Shown in pieces: positions 1 to 9,589 of a stretch of 64,000 nt of DNA. The stretch covers positions 480,001 to 544,000 of the forward strand of contig OY821645.1 in NCBI GenBank assembly GCA_963682135.1, written 5' to 3'. Source of the stretch: Methanothrix sp. (GTDB lineage: Archaea; Halobacteriota; Methanosarcinia; Methanotrichales; Methanotrichaceae). The stretch's first letter is position 1. Each line of letters starts with the position of its first letter. The notes below the pieces were generated by a model that was not told where the DNA came from, did not search any database, and worked only from the letters and a program-made list of their open reading frames with translations. A program made the translations under genes and the position numbers.

Positions 1-1
1 C

Positions 2-208
2 AACATTCAGGTATCCACGGGCTCGGCCTGCTCCTCACGCACTCTGGAGCCGTCTCACGTCCTTTTAGCCATAGGCTTAAAACATGAGCAGGCGCATGGC
101 TCCATGATCATGACGCTGGGCAGGAAGAACAATGCCGATCAGATACCGGCAATCGCCAATGCGACGAAAAAGACGGTTGATAGGCTGAGGGCTCTCTCTC
201 CGCTCTAA
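2..208 (+). CDS. iscS: Cysteine desulfurase (IscS/NifS), 3' end only
   Basis: Manual translation from position 2: NIQVSTGSACSSRTLEPSHVLLAIGL...RLRALSPL*. GSACSS/EPSHVL is the IscS catalytic loop; directly upstream of iscU. Not in the ORF track. Confidence 0.9.
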   Translation, partial: NIQVSTGSACSSRTLEPSHVLLAIGLKHEQAHGSMIMTLGRKNNADQIPAIANATKKTVDRLRALSPL

Positions 209-223
209 AAGGTGATATAAGAA

Positions 224-676
224 ATGGCACAGATTGGCTACTCCAAGGAAGTAATGGAACACTTCATGAACCCCAAAAATGTAGGTGTGATCGAGAACCC
301 GGACGGATACGGAAAGGTGGGCAATCCCGTCTGTGGCGATCTCATGGAGATATTTATCACCGTCAAGGAAGACAAAATAGACGATATCAAATTCAGGACC
401 TTCGGCTGCGGCTCGGCCATAGCCGTCTCCAGCATGGTTACCGAGATGGCCAAGGGCAAGACCCTGGATGAGGCCATGTTGATCACTCGCAAGGATGTGG
501 CAGACCAACTGGGTGGGCTGCCGCCCCAGAAGATGCACTGCTCCAACCTGGGGGCTGACGCGCTGCATGCAGCCATCAAGAATTACTGGGTGAAGATCGG
601 CAAGATCAAGCCTGAGGAAGCAGAAGCCGGGGAGGCGAGCCACGAGGGCGAAGAGGGGGAGAGCTGCGGGACGTAA
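224..676 (+). CDS. iscU: Fe-S cluster scaffold IscU/NifU-N
   Basis: YSKEVMEHFMNPKNVG, GNPVCGD, FGCGSAIA, LPPQKMHCSNL motifs. Confidence 0.95.
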   Translation: MAQIGYSKEVMEHFMNPKNVGVIENPDGYGKVGNPVCGDLMEIFITVKEDKIDDIKFRTFGCGSAIAVSSMVTEMAKGKTLDEAMLITRKDVADQLGGLPPQKMHCSNLGADALHAAIKNYWVKIGKIKPEEAEAGEASHEGEEGESCGT

Positions 677-681
677 GTGGC

Positions 682-1989
682 ATGCAGGCAGTAATTTTTT
701 CTGAAAGAATTTGTGAGTCCAATAAAATATTCTTTTATTTTTTATTAATTTCATTTTTATTTGGACTTTGCAGGGCAGATACCATTGCTATTGAGCCGGG
801 CGAGAGCATTCAGGCGGCCATTGATATAGCCCGTCCCGGAGACGCTATTCTGGTGAAAAGTGGCACCTATAATGAGTGCATCAACATGAATAAACCACTG
901 ACGCTTTATGGAAAGGATGAAGGCAATGGAATGCCGATTCTTTTGAATGAAGGCGATAGTAATGCAAGCGCAATCACGCTAAACTCAAATGGATGCATAA
1001 TTAAGGGCATGAATATCAAAAATTCCAAAAATTACGCCATATATATATTATCCAATCGTAACAGAATTGATGGCAACACAATCAAAGGCGGTGATGCAGC
1101 GATATATCTAAATGCATCGAGGTCAAATATAATAACTCATAATAATATTATCGCAGATAAAAATTTTGGACATGGTATAGTTGCATTGCAGTCATTCAAC
1201 AATACAATCCAAAGCAATAATATAAATTTTTCAGGATTGTTATCCGATGGCATCAATCTAGTGCGCTCATACAGCAACTTCATCACAGGTAATAAAATTA
1301 TGGGAAATGGCTTGATAGGAAGTTCTGGAATTTCAACTAGAGGGTCTAACTATAATATTTTAAAAAATAATTTGATTGAAACAAGTGGTCTTTACGGCAG
1401 TAGTATTTATTTAGGTTCATCTGATGAGAATTCATTAGAAGACAACAAAGTGGAGCACCGTGATTTTTCTGGAAGCGGAATAACTATCTATTTTTCTTCT
1501 GGAAATAAAATATTGAATAATACTGCATGCAGCAGAGGTTCGATTAATTGTGCCGGTATATTTCTTCGCTGGTCTAATAGTAATAATATCTCTGCAAATA
1601 GAGCTTACAGCACTGGTTGGTGTGGCAGCGGTGTAACCTTGTTACTTTCAAAAGAGAATACACTGATGGGAAATGAAGCTAATAATAGCACTCATGGTAT
1701 TTATCTGGGTGAATCAGAAAAAAATAATGTAGAGTACAATATTGCTCAACACAATAGCGACAATGATATTTATATTGATTTTTTCTGTGTTGGTACATCT
1801 ATCAAGCATAATACGGCATCAATATATATTGTTGAACCTAGATGGAGTCATATAGACCACAATTCAGGGATCATTAAGGAGTTTATTGTGGAGTTTCCGG
1901 ATGAGGTACCTATTTTCACTTTCGCAGATATCACTGACCTCATTTACAATATATCTCAATTTATACGGGTCCGTTTTAGTGAAACATAG
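682..1989 (+). CDS. Secreted NosD/CASH right-handed parallel beta-helix protein (true start may be downstream)
   Basis: Hydrophobic N-terminus, GESIQAAID..RPGD..LVKSGTY motif, many Asn-rich 'GI.L..S..N.I..N.I' repeats; visibly lower GC than the flanks. Confidence 0.75.
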   Translation: MQAVIFSERICESNKIFFYFLLISFLFGLCRADTIAIEPGESIQAAIDIARPGDAILVKSGTYNECINMNKPLTLYGKDEGNGMPILLNEGDSNASAITLNSNGCIIKGMNIKNSKNYAIYILSNRNRIDGNTIKGGDAAIYLNASRSNIITHNNIIADKNFGHGIVALQSFNNTIQSNNINFSGLLSDGINLVRSYSNFITGNKIMGNGLIGSSGISTRGSNYNILKNNLIETSGLYGSSIYLGSSDENSLEDNKVEHRDFSGSGITIYFSSGNKILNNTACSRGSINCAGIFLRWSNSNNISANRAYSTGWCGSGVTLLLSKENTLMGNEANNSTHGIYLGESEKNNVEYNIAQHNSDNDIYIDFFCVGTSIKHNTASIYIVEPRWSHIDHNSGIIKEFIVEFPDEVPIFTFADITDLIYNISQFIRVRFSET

Positions 1990-2007
1990 ACCATTCAACT
2001 GCGAATT

Positions 2008-2232
2008 ATTTTGCGCACTCGTTTTCTTGCGGACTTATCCCTAAGGTTGCCTGCGGGATAACATGCTCTCTGGCTTGCTTCAGCGACATGCTCTCCCAAG
2101 AGGGCGATTCCGCTCCGCACTCTCCCACGCGCGCGTGTGCCTGCGTGCGCACTGTGGCCGCTCGGTCGTGTGCCCGCAGGCGCGAGAAGGTTTGCCTGAG
2201 GTCGCAGAAATTGTGTAGGGCATGCACAAAAT
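2008..2232. repeat. GC-rich intergenic segment with nested imperfect inverted repeats (possible MITE or structured RNA)
   Basis: ATTTTGCGCA(2008)/TGCACAAAAT(2223), TTTCTTGCGGAC/GTCGCAGAAA, CCTAAGG/CCTGAGG, GCCTGCGGG(2049)/CCCGCAGGC(2173); direct repeat ACATGCTCTC x2. Confidence 0.35.
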
Positions 2233-2287
2233 GGGCTGTCAGGCACGGTCTTTAATTAGAATGACGATCCATAGTTGCTGGAAATAT

Positions 2288-2449
2288 ATGCAGACCTTTA
2301 CAGCCGTCATCCACCGAGAAGAGGACATGTTTGTTGCCGAGTGCCCAGAAGTAGGAACTGCGAGCCAGGGAGCAACTATTGAGGAAGCGGCTAAGAACCT
2401 CAGAGAGGCAACGCAGCTTTATCTGGAAGAGTTTCCTATTCGAATTTGA
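2288..2449 (+). CDS. hicB: HicB-family antitoxin (short, orphan)
   Basis: MQTFTAVIHREEDMFVAECPEVGTASQGATIEEAAKNLREATQLYLEE is the typical HicB RNase-H-like N-terminal domain. Confidence 0.8.
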   Translation: MQTFTAVIHREEDMFVAECPEVGTASQGATIEEAAKNLREATQLYLEEFPIRI

Positions 2450-2681
2450 ATTCCGAGTACATTTCTAGAAATTTATCGAGGCTTATCTCCAGATCTTCCC
2501 TGATGATCTTGCGGAGAAGTCCTTTGGGCACTTCTCTATTCGCATGGATAGGAACTGTGGTTACCCGACCATCTTCAGATCTGAGCCGCACATGAGATCC
2601 CTTAGTTCTTATGACAACGAATCCTAAAGCCTTCAGGAATCTCAAGAGTTCTGAAGCATCAATCGCAGGAAGCTTTTGCAT
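2436..2681 (-). CDS. hicA: HicA-family mRNA interferase toxin
   Basis: MQKLPAID..LLRFLKALGF..IRTKGSHVRL...TTVPIH...KGLLRKI; GSH motif; start set at ATG 2681. Confidence 0.9.
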   Translation of the reverse strand: MQKLPAIDASELLRFLKALGFVVIRTKGSHVRLRSEDGRVTTVPIHANREVPKGLLRKIIREDLEISLDKFLEMYSEFKFE

Positions 2682-2910
2682 CGGAAACGACTTCCAGCTC
2701 TCTAAAACCGACGAAAGTATTGACGTTCTCCAACTTTGTCTCTTCCAGACACATCTCAATGACCTCCGTTATGTTTTTCATGGCATCGTCAATGCTCTCG
2801 CCCCAGGAGTGGCAGCCTTTGAAAAGAGGACAGCTAACTATGTATAGGCCGTCTTCATCGATTTCGATAATAATGGGCAAATGCAGTTTTTTCATTAGTG
2901 TATCAACCAC
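2659..2910 (-). CDS. hicB: HicB-family antitoxin
   Basis: IIIEIDEDGLYIVSCPLFKGCHSWGESIDDAMKNITEVI; upstream of and overlapping hicA. Confidence 0.9.
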   Translation of the reverse strand: MVDTLMKKLHLPIIIEIDEDGLYIVSCPLFKGCHSWGESIDDAMKNITEVIEMCLEETKLENVNTFVGFRELEVVSDAKASCD

Positions 2911-3018
2911 GCTCTCCTTTGACCTGCAAACTTAAATGTATTTCGCAATAATTGACATCACTGCTCGCAGGTGATTGGCGGATCATGGCATTTTCCGCAA
3001 TCATTGCTGCATAGTTGA

Positions 3019-3378
3019 TCATATTACTATTACCTCAACAGTATCGCCGTCTTCCAGCCCCAGCGCCCGCAGCTTTACGGGCGCTATGACCTCGATCAAT
3101 TCCGGCGGATACGAGCTCTTCTCAGGCCGGACCACTGCGACCTCGATCCCGTTCAACCTGATGCGGTAGCATTTGCACTCGCCAAAAGTGCGGCCCTCCT
3201 CAGAGAAGCCCTCTAACTGTATCGCCTGTCCCTCTGTCGGGAAGGGCTCCTCCAGGAGCACATTCAGGGTGCCGGGGTAGGGAACGAAGCCCAGCTTCTT
3301 TGCGAACTGGCAGCTGTAGCCCTCCCGGGTGAGGAAGTACTGGGCCTGACCTAGACCGGATACGATTTTTCCGCGCAT
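3019..3378 (-). CDS. ribK: CTP-dependent riboflavin kinase (archaeal, DUF120)
   Basis: GKIVSGLGQAQYF, GFVPYPGTLNV, VVRPEKS.YP..LIEVIAPVKLR motifs. Confidence 0.9.
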   Translation of the reverse strand: MRGKIVSGLGQAQYFLTREGYSCQFAKKLGFVPYPGTLNVLLEEPFPTEGQAIQLEGFSEEGRTFGECKCYRIRLNGIEVAVVRPEKSSYPPELIEVIAPVKLRALGLEDGDTVEVIVI

Positions 3379-3699
3379 GACGACAAATCATTCCATATTA
3401 ATGAAGATCTTACAGTTCGTCTCGACTTTTATCTCTTTAGGCATTAGCCGGTATTTCAGGGCCATCATCAATCCATCTCATGGTCGATCTTGTATATCTA
3501 CATCTCTAATGCGGAATTGTAAACGGCAATTATCTTCCGAGATGGTTCCGGACGACTGGATGGGCAATCCAAAGCATTTACTGTCTGGTTACAGAGTTTT
3601 TAAATAGGGTGGCAACCATAATGTACCTGTATTAGCCATAAAATCAGCTACAGGCACAAATCGTAAAAATTCAACGCAAGGCAAAGATCCATTCCGGGG

Positions 3700-5427
3700 A
3701 TGAAGATGGATAATTTTTCTACACTTATTGGTGGTATAGCCGGTGATGGCATAAATGAGGCTGGCCTTACTGTGGCTCGTCTCTTTAGCCGCCTTGGCTA
3801 TCACATTTACATGTACTACGACTATCCCTCTCTCATCAGAGGGGGGCACAATTTCTCTCTGGTCAGGGCCGGCAGACAGAAGATTGCATCTCATACTGAT
3901 CAGATTGATGTCTTGATAGCTCTTAACCAGGAGACCGTCGAGAAGCACATGAGCCGTCTGAAGGACAGCTCCTTTGTGATTTACGATGCAGATAAAGTCA
4001 AACTGGACGGCATGAAGCAGAAGAGCTGTGCTCTACCTATCACTTCCATCCTGAAGGAGGCAGAAGCTCCCGGCGTTATGAAAAATTCCTGCATTCTGGG
4101 AGGATTTTGCAAGGTTGTGGGCATAGATTGGTCTGTGCTGGAAGATGTCCTGAGAAAACATATACCAAAGATGCTGGAGCTGAATATGCTTGTGGCCCGG
4201 CAGGGCTACGACCAGGCGACTGAGTTTTGTCATATGGATAGTCTTGCCGATCAGGCAGATAGTCATTCGCAAGAGACAGACAAAAAGCCTCTTCCCATCA
4301 TAACCGGCAACCATGCCATTGCCCTGGGACTAATTAAAGCGGGCCTGGGGGCATACGTCGCTTATCCCATGACTCCCTCCTCCAGCATACTCGATTTTAT
4401 GGCTCGCTATGCCCGGGATTTTGGCCTCAAGGTGATCCATCCGGAGAGCGAGATCTCCGTAATTCTCATGGCACAGGGATTTGCCTATGCCGGAGTCAAA
4501 GCAGCCGTGGGAACCTCCGGCGGCGGATTTTGTCTCATGACCGAGGGGCTCAGCCTGGCAGGCATGGCTGAGATGCCGGTAGTAGTGATCATGGCCCAGA
4601 GAACTGGACCTTCCACGGGTCTTCCCACCTACACGGCGCAAGGTGACCTGCATTTTGTCCTCAATGCCGGTCAGGGGGAGTTTCCCAGGTTTATAGTTGC
4701 ACCAGGAGACGCAGAGGAGGCGTATTACTGGGCTGGTGTAGCTACGAATTTGGCCTGGATGTTTCAGGTGCCGGCTTTCATTCTAACCGACAAGACCGTC
4801 AGCGAGAGCCAGTACAGCTTTGATATGGATCTGGCTGCGGACCCTTCCGGCGAGCTAAAAGAAGAGACGCTGAGGGCCCCCTTGCTCTGGGATGGGCAGG
4901 GTGAGTACAAACGTTACCGCTACACGCAATCGGGTGTCTCGCCTCTGGCTTTCCCACCTCTTCCGGGGCAGGTGATAAAGGCAGACAGCTATATTCACGA
5001 TGAAAACGGCATAACCTCTGAGGACCCCCAAATAACCACGCAGACCAGCGACAAACGCCAGAAAAAAGGCCAATTCATGGCCGAATATCTGGAGGGATAC
5101 GAGACGGTAAAGGTCTTGGGAGACGAAAAGAGCAAGACTGCCCTGCTCTGCTGGGGCTCAAATAAAGGTGTTTGTGAGGAGGTTGCCCAAAAATTGGGGC
5201 TTAAAGTGATTTTTGTGCTGGTTCTCTCCCCCTTCCCGGAAAAGAGGCTTAAGAGTGCTCTACAGGGGGTAGAGCGGCTCATGGCCGTAGAGTGCAACTG
5301 CACCGGTCAATTGGCAAGGCTGGCCGGCTTTTACGGCATCAAGACCCAGGATAGGATTCTCAAGTATGACGGCAGGCCTTTTTCCGTGGAGGATCTTCTG
5401 GCACAGCTGGGGAGGGTTCTGGCATGA
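3700..5427 (+). CDS. 2-oxoacid:ferredoxin oxidoreductase alpha subunit (fused gamma-alpha)
   Basis: GGIAGDGI, YPSLIRGGHN, AYPMTPSS, TSGGGF, QRTGPSTGLPT motifs. Confidence 0.92.
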   Translation: MKMDNFSTLIGGIAGDGINEAGLTVARLFSRLGYHIYMYYDYPSLIRGGHNFSLVRAGRQKIASHTDQIDVLIALNQETVEKHMSRLKDSSFVIYDADKVKLDGMKQKSCALPITSILKEAEAPGVMKNSCILGGFCKVVGIDWSVLEDVLRKHIPKMLELNMLVARQGYDQATEFCHMDSLADQADSHSQETDKKPLPIITGNHAIALGLIKAGLGAYVAYPMTPSSSILDFMARYARDFGLKVIHPESEISVILMAQGFAYAGVKAAVGTSGGGFCLMTEGLSLAGMAEMPVVVIMAQRTGPSTGLPTYTAQGDLHFVLNAGQGEFPRFIVAPGDAEEAYYWAGVATNLAWMFQVPAFILTDKTVSESQYSFDMDLAADPSGELKEETLRAPLLWDGQGEYKRYRYTQSGVSPLAFPPLPGQVIKADSYIHDENGITSEDPQITTQTSDKRQKKGQFMAEYLEGYETVKVLGDEKSKTALLCWGSNKGVCEEVAQKLGLKVIFVLVLSPFPEKRLKSALQGVERLMAVECNCTGQLARLAGFYGIKTQDRILKYDGRPFSVEDLLAQLGRVLA

Positions 5428-6278
5428 ATCCTAAAGATCTGGCAACCACAGCCCAGGTCACCTGGTGCCCCGGCTGCGGCAATTTCTCCATCATGAGCGC
5501 CATGAGGATGGTGCTGGCCGAGCTGGACAGCGAAGGCTATCCCCTAGAAAATACAGTACTGGTCTCGGGTATCGGTTGCCATGCCAAGATTGTGGACTAC
5601 ATGAATGTGAACAGCTTTTATTCCATTCACGGTCGAACTATACCTGTAGCTTCAGCCATAAAGATAGCCAACCCCGATTTAAATGTGATCTGCTTTTCCG
5701 GCGATGGTGACAGCCTGGCGGAAGGGCTTGATCATCTCATCTTCGCGGCCAAGCGAAATATCGACATCACACTGATATTGCATGACAACCGCGTCTACGG
5801 CCTGACCACAGGCCAGTTTACCCCCACATCTCCTCAGGGATTCAAGGGCAAGTCCACGCCTGCCGGGGCAGTCGAGCATCCCATAAACCCGCTCGATCTG
5901 ATGCTGGTCAGCGGAGCGTCTTACATTGCCCGAGGCTACACGCATGGCATCGAGCAGCTGCAGACGCTCTTTAAGGAAGCTATACTGCACAAGGGTTTCT
6001 CCTTTGTGGATGTTCTCCAGGTCTGCGTCTCTTATAATAATCTATACGAGAACTACAACAAATGGACCTACACTGCGCAGGAGGGCGATGCCTCAAGTTT
6101 CGAGGAGGCGCAAAAGATCATTCGCTCCTGGAACTATGACCGCTCAGATGTACCTATACCTCTGGGCAAGTTCTACCAGACTGATGCAGAGCGTTTTGAT
6201 CAGTCATTTGGGCAATACCGGCTCAACCTATCTGAGAGAGATAGCAGAATAGAGAATCTGCTGGAAGAGTTAATCTAG
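5424..6278 (+). CDS. 2-oxoacid:ferredoxin oxidoreductase beta subunit (TPP-binding)
   Basis: WCPGCGNF, SGIGCH, HGR, GDGD...DNRVYGLTTGQ TPP motif; ATGA overlap with alpha. Confidence 0.93.
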   Translation: MNPKDLATTAQVTWCPGCGNFSIMSAMRMVLAELDSEGYPLENTVLVSGIGCHAKIVDYMNVNSFYSIHGRTIPVASAIKIANPDLNVICFSGDGDSLAEGLDHLIFAAKRNIDITLILHDNRVYGLTTGQFTPTSPQGFKGKSTPAGAVEHPINPLDLMLVSGASYIARGYTHGIEQLQTLFKEAILHKGFSFVDVLQVCVSYNNLYENYNKWTYTAQEGDASSFEEAQKIIRSWNYDRSDVPIPLGKFYQTDAERFDQSFGQYRLNLSERDSRIENLLEELI

Positions 6279-6293
6279 AAGGTGCATAAAAAA

Positions 6294-6455
6294 ATGGAAA
6301 AGTATATTTGTCAGGTTTGCGGGTACATCTATGATCCAGAGAAAGGGGATTCTACCTCTGGTATCCCTGCTGGAACGGCATTCGAGGATCTTCCCGATGA
6401 TTGGATCTGTCCTGAATGCGGCGTGGGAAAAGAACAATTTAAAAAGGCAAAATAG
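6294..6455 (+). CDS. Rubredoxin
   Basis: Manual translation [53 protein letters not shown]; two CxxCG motifs; absent from the ORF track. Confidence 0.95.
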   Translation: MEKYICQVCGYIYDPEKGDSTSGIPAGTAFEDLPDDWICPECGVGKEQFKKAK

Positions 6456-6500
6456 AAAATGCCTTAATGCCGGCGAATTTTAGATTAGAGGTGCAATGCC

Positions 6501-7031
6501 ATGCTCAGCGAAAAGATGAATGACGCCTTGAATGTTCAGGCTAATAGGGAGTTGTACTCCTCCTATCTCTATCTCTCCATGTCCTATTATTTTGAATCAA
6601 TAGAAATGCGGGGTTTTGCCCATTGGATGAGATTACAGGCTGGTGAGGAGCTGGTCCATACCATGGAGATGCTCGACTATGTGGTCGGAAGTGGCGGCAG
6701 AGCAAGGATGCTGGCTGTGGAGGCTCCCAAGTTCACCTGGGACTCACCCCTGCAGGCTTTCCAGCATGTCTGGGATCATGAACGGATGGTGACCGGGCTC
6801 ATCAAGACACTGGTCAAGGTGGCAGAGGAGGAGTTGGATGGGGCTACAGAAGAGTTCCTGCAATGGTATATCAAAGAGCAGGTGGAAGAAGAAGAGTCCT
6901 CGGACAACGTGCTGAGTAAAGTCAAAGCGGCAGGAGCTGACAAGAGCGCTCTGGAGGCGGCGGATAAGCTTCTGGGACAGAGAAGCTTCAAGTTCCCCAG
7001 GGGATTTGAGATATTTCCTCAGGTGGATTGA
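6501..7031 (+). CDS. ftnA: Ferritin (non-haem)
   Basis: ALNVQANRELYSSYLYLSMS, GFAHWMRLQAGEELVH, FLQWYIKEQVEEE ferroxidase motifs. Confidence 0.92.
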   Translation: MLSEKMNDALNVQANRELYSSYLYLSMSYYFESIEMRGFAHWMRLQAGEELVHTMEMLDYVVGSGGRARMLAVEAPKFTWDSPLQAFQHVWDHERMVTGLIKTLVKVAEEELDGATEEFLQWYIKEQVEEEESSDNVLSKVKAAGADKSALEAADKLLGQRSFKFPRGFEIFPQVD

Positions 7032-7036
7032 ATGCC

Positions 7037-7687
7037 ATGAAGGTGACTGTGACCAAGAATGGTCCCTATATCGTGACCGGCAGAATTCCTCTTGCAGCTA
7101 TGGAAATCTGCAACGATGATGAGGGCTACTGCCGAACCTGGCGGGAAGTTGAGAGATACCCTTTGCAGGAAACCTATGCACTCTGCCGGTGCGGCCACTC
7201 CAAGAATAAACCCTTTTGCGATGCAACTCATGCAAAGATTCATTTTGATGGAACTGAGTCCGTAGATCATGATCCATTTGATAAAACTGCAAAAATCATC
7301 CGGGGTCCGGAACTGACATTGGCAGATAGTGAGCATCTTTGCGTCCATGCCAGATTCTGCATGCGAGCCGGCGGGATTTGGAATCTGGTGAAGCATCCAA
7401 AGAGCCAGGAATCCAGAGACATTGCCATAGAAGAAGCGTGCAACTGCCCCTCTGGTCGGCTGGTGGTCACGGATAATGAAAGCGGTAAGACGATAGAGCC
7501 CGAATTGGAAAAGTCCATTGTCGTCATCGAATATCCGCCAAAAGGTGAGCACGGGCCGCTCTGGCTGCGAGGCAAAATTCCAGTCCAATCAGCAGAAGGC
7601 AAGCTCTACGAGATCCGAAACCGTGTCACCCTCTGCAGATGTGGAAAGTCGCAAAATAAGCCGTTTTGTGACGGCAGTCATATCTGA
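7037..7687 (+). CDS. CDGSH iron-sulfur domain protein with central ferredoxin-like domain
   Basis: Two LCRCGxSxNKPFCD motifs, the last ending CDGSH; central CVHARFC...CPSG. Confidence 0.9.
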   Translation: MKVTVTKNGPYIVTGRIPLAAMEICNDDEGYCRTWREVERYPLQETYALCRCGHSKNKPFCDATHAKIHFDGTESVDHDPFDKTAKIIRGPELTLADSEHLCVHARFCMRAGGIWNLVKHPKSQESRDIAIEEACNCPSGRLVVTDNESGKTIEPELEKSIVVIEYPPKGEHGPLWLRGKIPVQSAEGKLYEIRNRVTLCRCGKSQNKPFCDGSHI

Positions 7688-7728
7688 TCGAAAAGGCTTA
7701 TTATGTAATAGTAATAATATTGCTTACG

Positions 7729-8280
7729 ATGCTTAGCATAACAGATCTAAATGAGCGGCAACTTTACCTGGAGAGTGACCGCTGGCAATGCAATTTCGGT
7801 CATGGTGAGCCGGTGAGACTGGGTCTGGTCCTGGAGGCTGTGGACCTGGCTCCAGGCGATGAGGGGGGCTTCTCTTACGTCATAGAAGCCGGACTTATTC
7901 CCCAATTCGATTTTCTGGATGAGGAAATTTTGCAGGAGGCGAAATCCGACGGCCTGGAGACGCGAGAGGATCTTTTGCGCTATGTCTTCGAATGCTATGG
8001 TTGTGTGCCCGTCAACATCGATGCTGTGCAACCTCCCAAATCCTCCTGCGGTATGTCCAGTTTCGTTGCCAAGAGTAGCATAAGCACTATAATTGCCGGA
8101 ACGGGTGAGGAGATGGAGACCCGCCACTTCCAGGATCTGGGGGAGGCTATGTCATTTGCTCGCGACTTTTATGCCGTTTATGCTCCCGTCATCTTCGGTT
8201 TCATAGATGTGGTTCTCGATCACCCCCTCAGAGCGGGAGGAACAGGCTGGGACAAAATAAGGGAGATGGCCAAGAAGTAG
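7729..8280 (+). CDS. Hypothetical protein
   Basis: Long ORF co-oriented with the operon; no motif recognised. Confidence 0.6.
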   Translation: MLSITDLNERQLYLESDRWQCNFGHGEPVRLGLVLEAVDLAPGDEGGFSYVIEAGLIPQFDFLDEEILQEAKSDGLETREDLLRYVFECYGCVPVNIDAVQPPKSSCGMSSFVAKSSISTIIAGTGEEMETRHFQDLGEAMSFARDFYAVYAPVIFGFIDVVLDHPLRAGGTGWDKIREMAKK

Positions 8281-8314
8281 TTCGGCTGGCGAGCAGCATA
8301 ATTTGTACCACAAC

Positions 8315-8322
8315 TTTATATA
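8315..8322 (+). promoter_or_regulatory. Putative archaeal TATA box within the palindrome AACTT-TATAT-AAGTT
   Basis: TTTATATA ~90 bp upstream of the ATG at 8413. Confidence 0.35.
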
Positions 8323-8412
8323 AGTTAAATGTCGAACAGTATACAGTCAGAAGTCGATAATTCATACAAAGGACTGGCTATTACCGAGAGCTTCTGACTG
8401 AGAGGAATTGAT

Positions 8413-8775
8413 ATGCCATACTACCATATGATGGACTGGTTCCCATTCATGGGATTTGGGACAGTCTTTTCCTGGTTTATCTCGTTAGCTGTAGCTTATC
8501 TGGTCTACAAAGATGCTGAGAAGAGAAACATGAATGGGCTTCTTTGGGGATTGCCGATCTTGATACCCTGGATAGGCATACTGTTTCTGATACTGTTTCT
8601 GATTTTGCGCGATTCCGGACATCGCGTAGCTAGAGAGATAAGCGCACCGACAAGAACTAAGGCCGAGGAGGTTCTGGACGAGAGATATGCAAGAGGAGAG
8701 CTGACCCGAGAGATCTACGTGCAGATGAAGGAAGACCTTAAAAAACCGACTAATGGTTCAGCAGTTCAGACATAG
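8413..8775 (+). CDS. Small membrane protein with C-terminal SHOCT domain
   Basis: Two hydrophobic helices; C-terminal 'AEEVLDERYARGELTREIYVQMKEDL' SHOCT motif. Confidence 0.8.
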   Translation: MPYYHMMDWFPFMGFGTVFSWFISLAVAYLVYKDAEKRNMNGLLWGLPILIPWIGILFLILFLILRDSGHRVAREISAPTRTKAEEVLDERYARGELTREIYVQMKEDLKKPTNGSAVQT

Positions 8776-9186
8776 AGAGCCTGTAGCATCCGCTGTCGTT
8801 TGCAGGCCTATACCACCCATATTGCGCTCGATAGCCGCACCAAGCTCATCCATTTTTACAGGTTTATTTAGATAATCATCAGCTCCCGCATCATAACAAA
8901 GATCGCGGCACAGCTCTGCCTCAAATGAGGTGACGACTATTATCTTGGGGCCTTGCGACCACCGCTTGCGAATGATTTTTGTAGCTTCAATCCCATCCAT
9001 TTCCGGCATCTGGATATCCATGAGAACCAGATCATAATGATGCTCCTCCAGAGCCATCAAGACCTCCTGGCCATTCACAGCCGTATCGGCCTTGAGGCCA
9101 AGCTTCTTGAGTGCAATCAGAGCTACCTTCCTATTTACCGGGTTGTCCTCGGCAAGAAGAATATTCAAATTAGGTCTGGCCAGCAT
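8758..9186 (-). CDS. Stand-alone response regulator receiver domain
   Basis: ILLAEDNPVN, DLVLMDIQMPEMDG, GADDYLNKP. Confidence 0.92.
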   Translation of the reverse strand: MLARPNLNILLAEDNPVNRKVALIALKKLGLKADTAVNGQEVLMALEEHHYDLVLMDIQMPEMDGIEATKIIRKRWSQGPKIIVVTSFEAELCRDLCYDAGADDYLNKPVKMDELGAAIERNMGGIGLQTTADATGSLCLNC

Positions 9187-9589
9187 AGTCCTCGATCATT
9201 GGTATAGCGCTTTTAGTATAAGAATTTTTCTTTAGTAATTAATTTTACCGCAGAGTTCTCAGATTGTTTAGATGAGTTCTGTATGTCTATTTGTAAAGAT
9301 TTATAATTCAATACTATGATTGAATTAATCATAACTTAAAATTAATTCAAATAAAAATAACATAAATGGGCAAACATTCAATTGATGTTATTTTTTCTAT
9401 GATTGCAGAGTGATTTGGGCTATTCGTTTCGGTTTTCGTAGGGCCTTAATTTTGTACACCTGTGCCTATATATTTGTCATTATTTTCCCTAATTCTCAAA
9501 AGGAGTTGGGAATAAAGAGCATGATCAATTTTGTTGCTGGTTGTACAGAAGCTAAGGTGCTATCATTGACAGCATCTGTGGGCTAAGAG

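Noticed and set aside
77-754. Long antisense/alternative-frame ORFs (also e.g. 31415-32536, 32317-33177, 62204-62980)
   Set aside because: Shadows of well-supported genes on the opposite strand with no motifs of their own.
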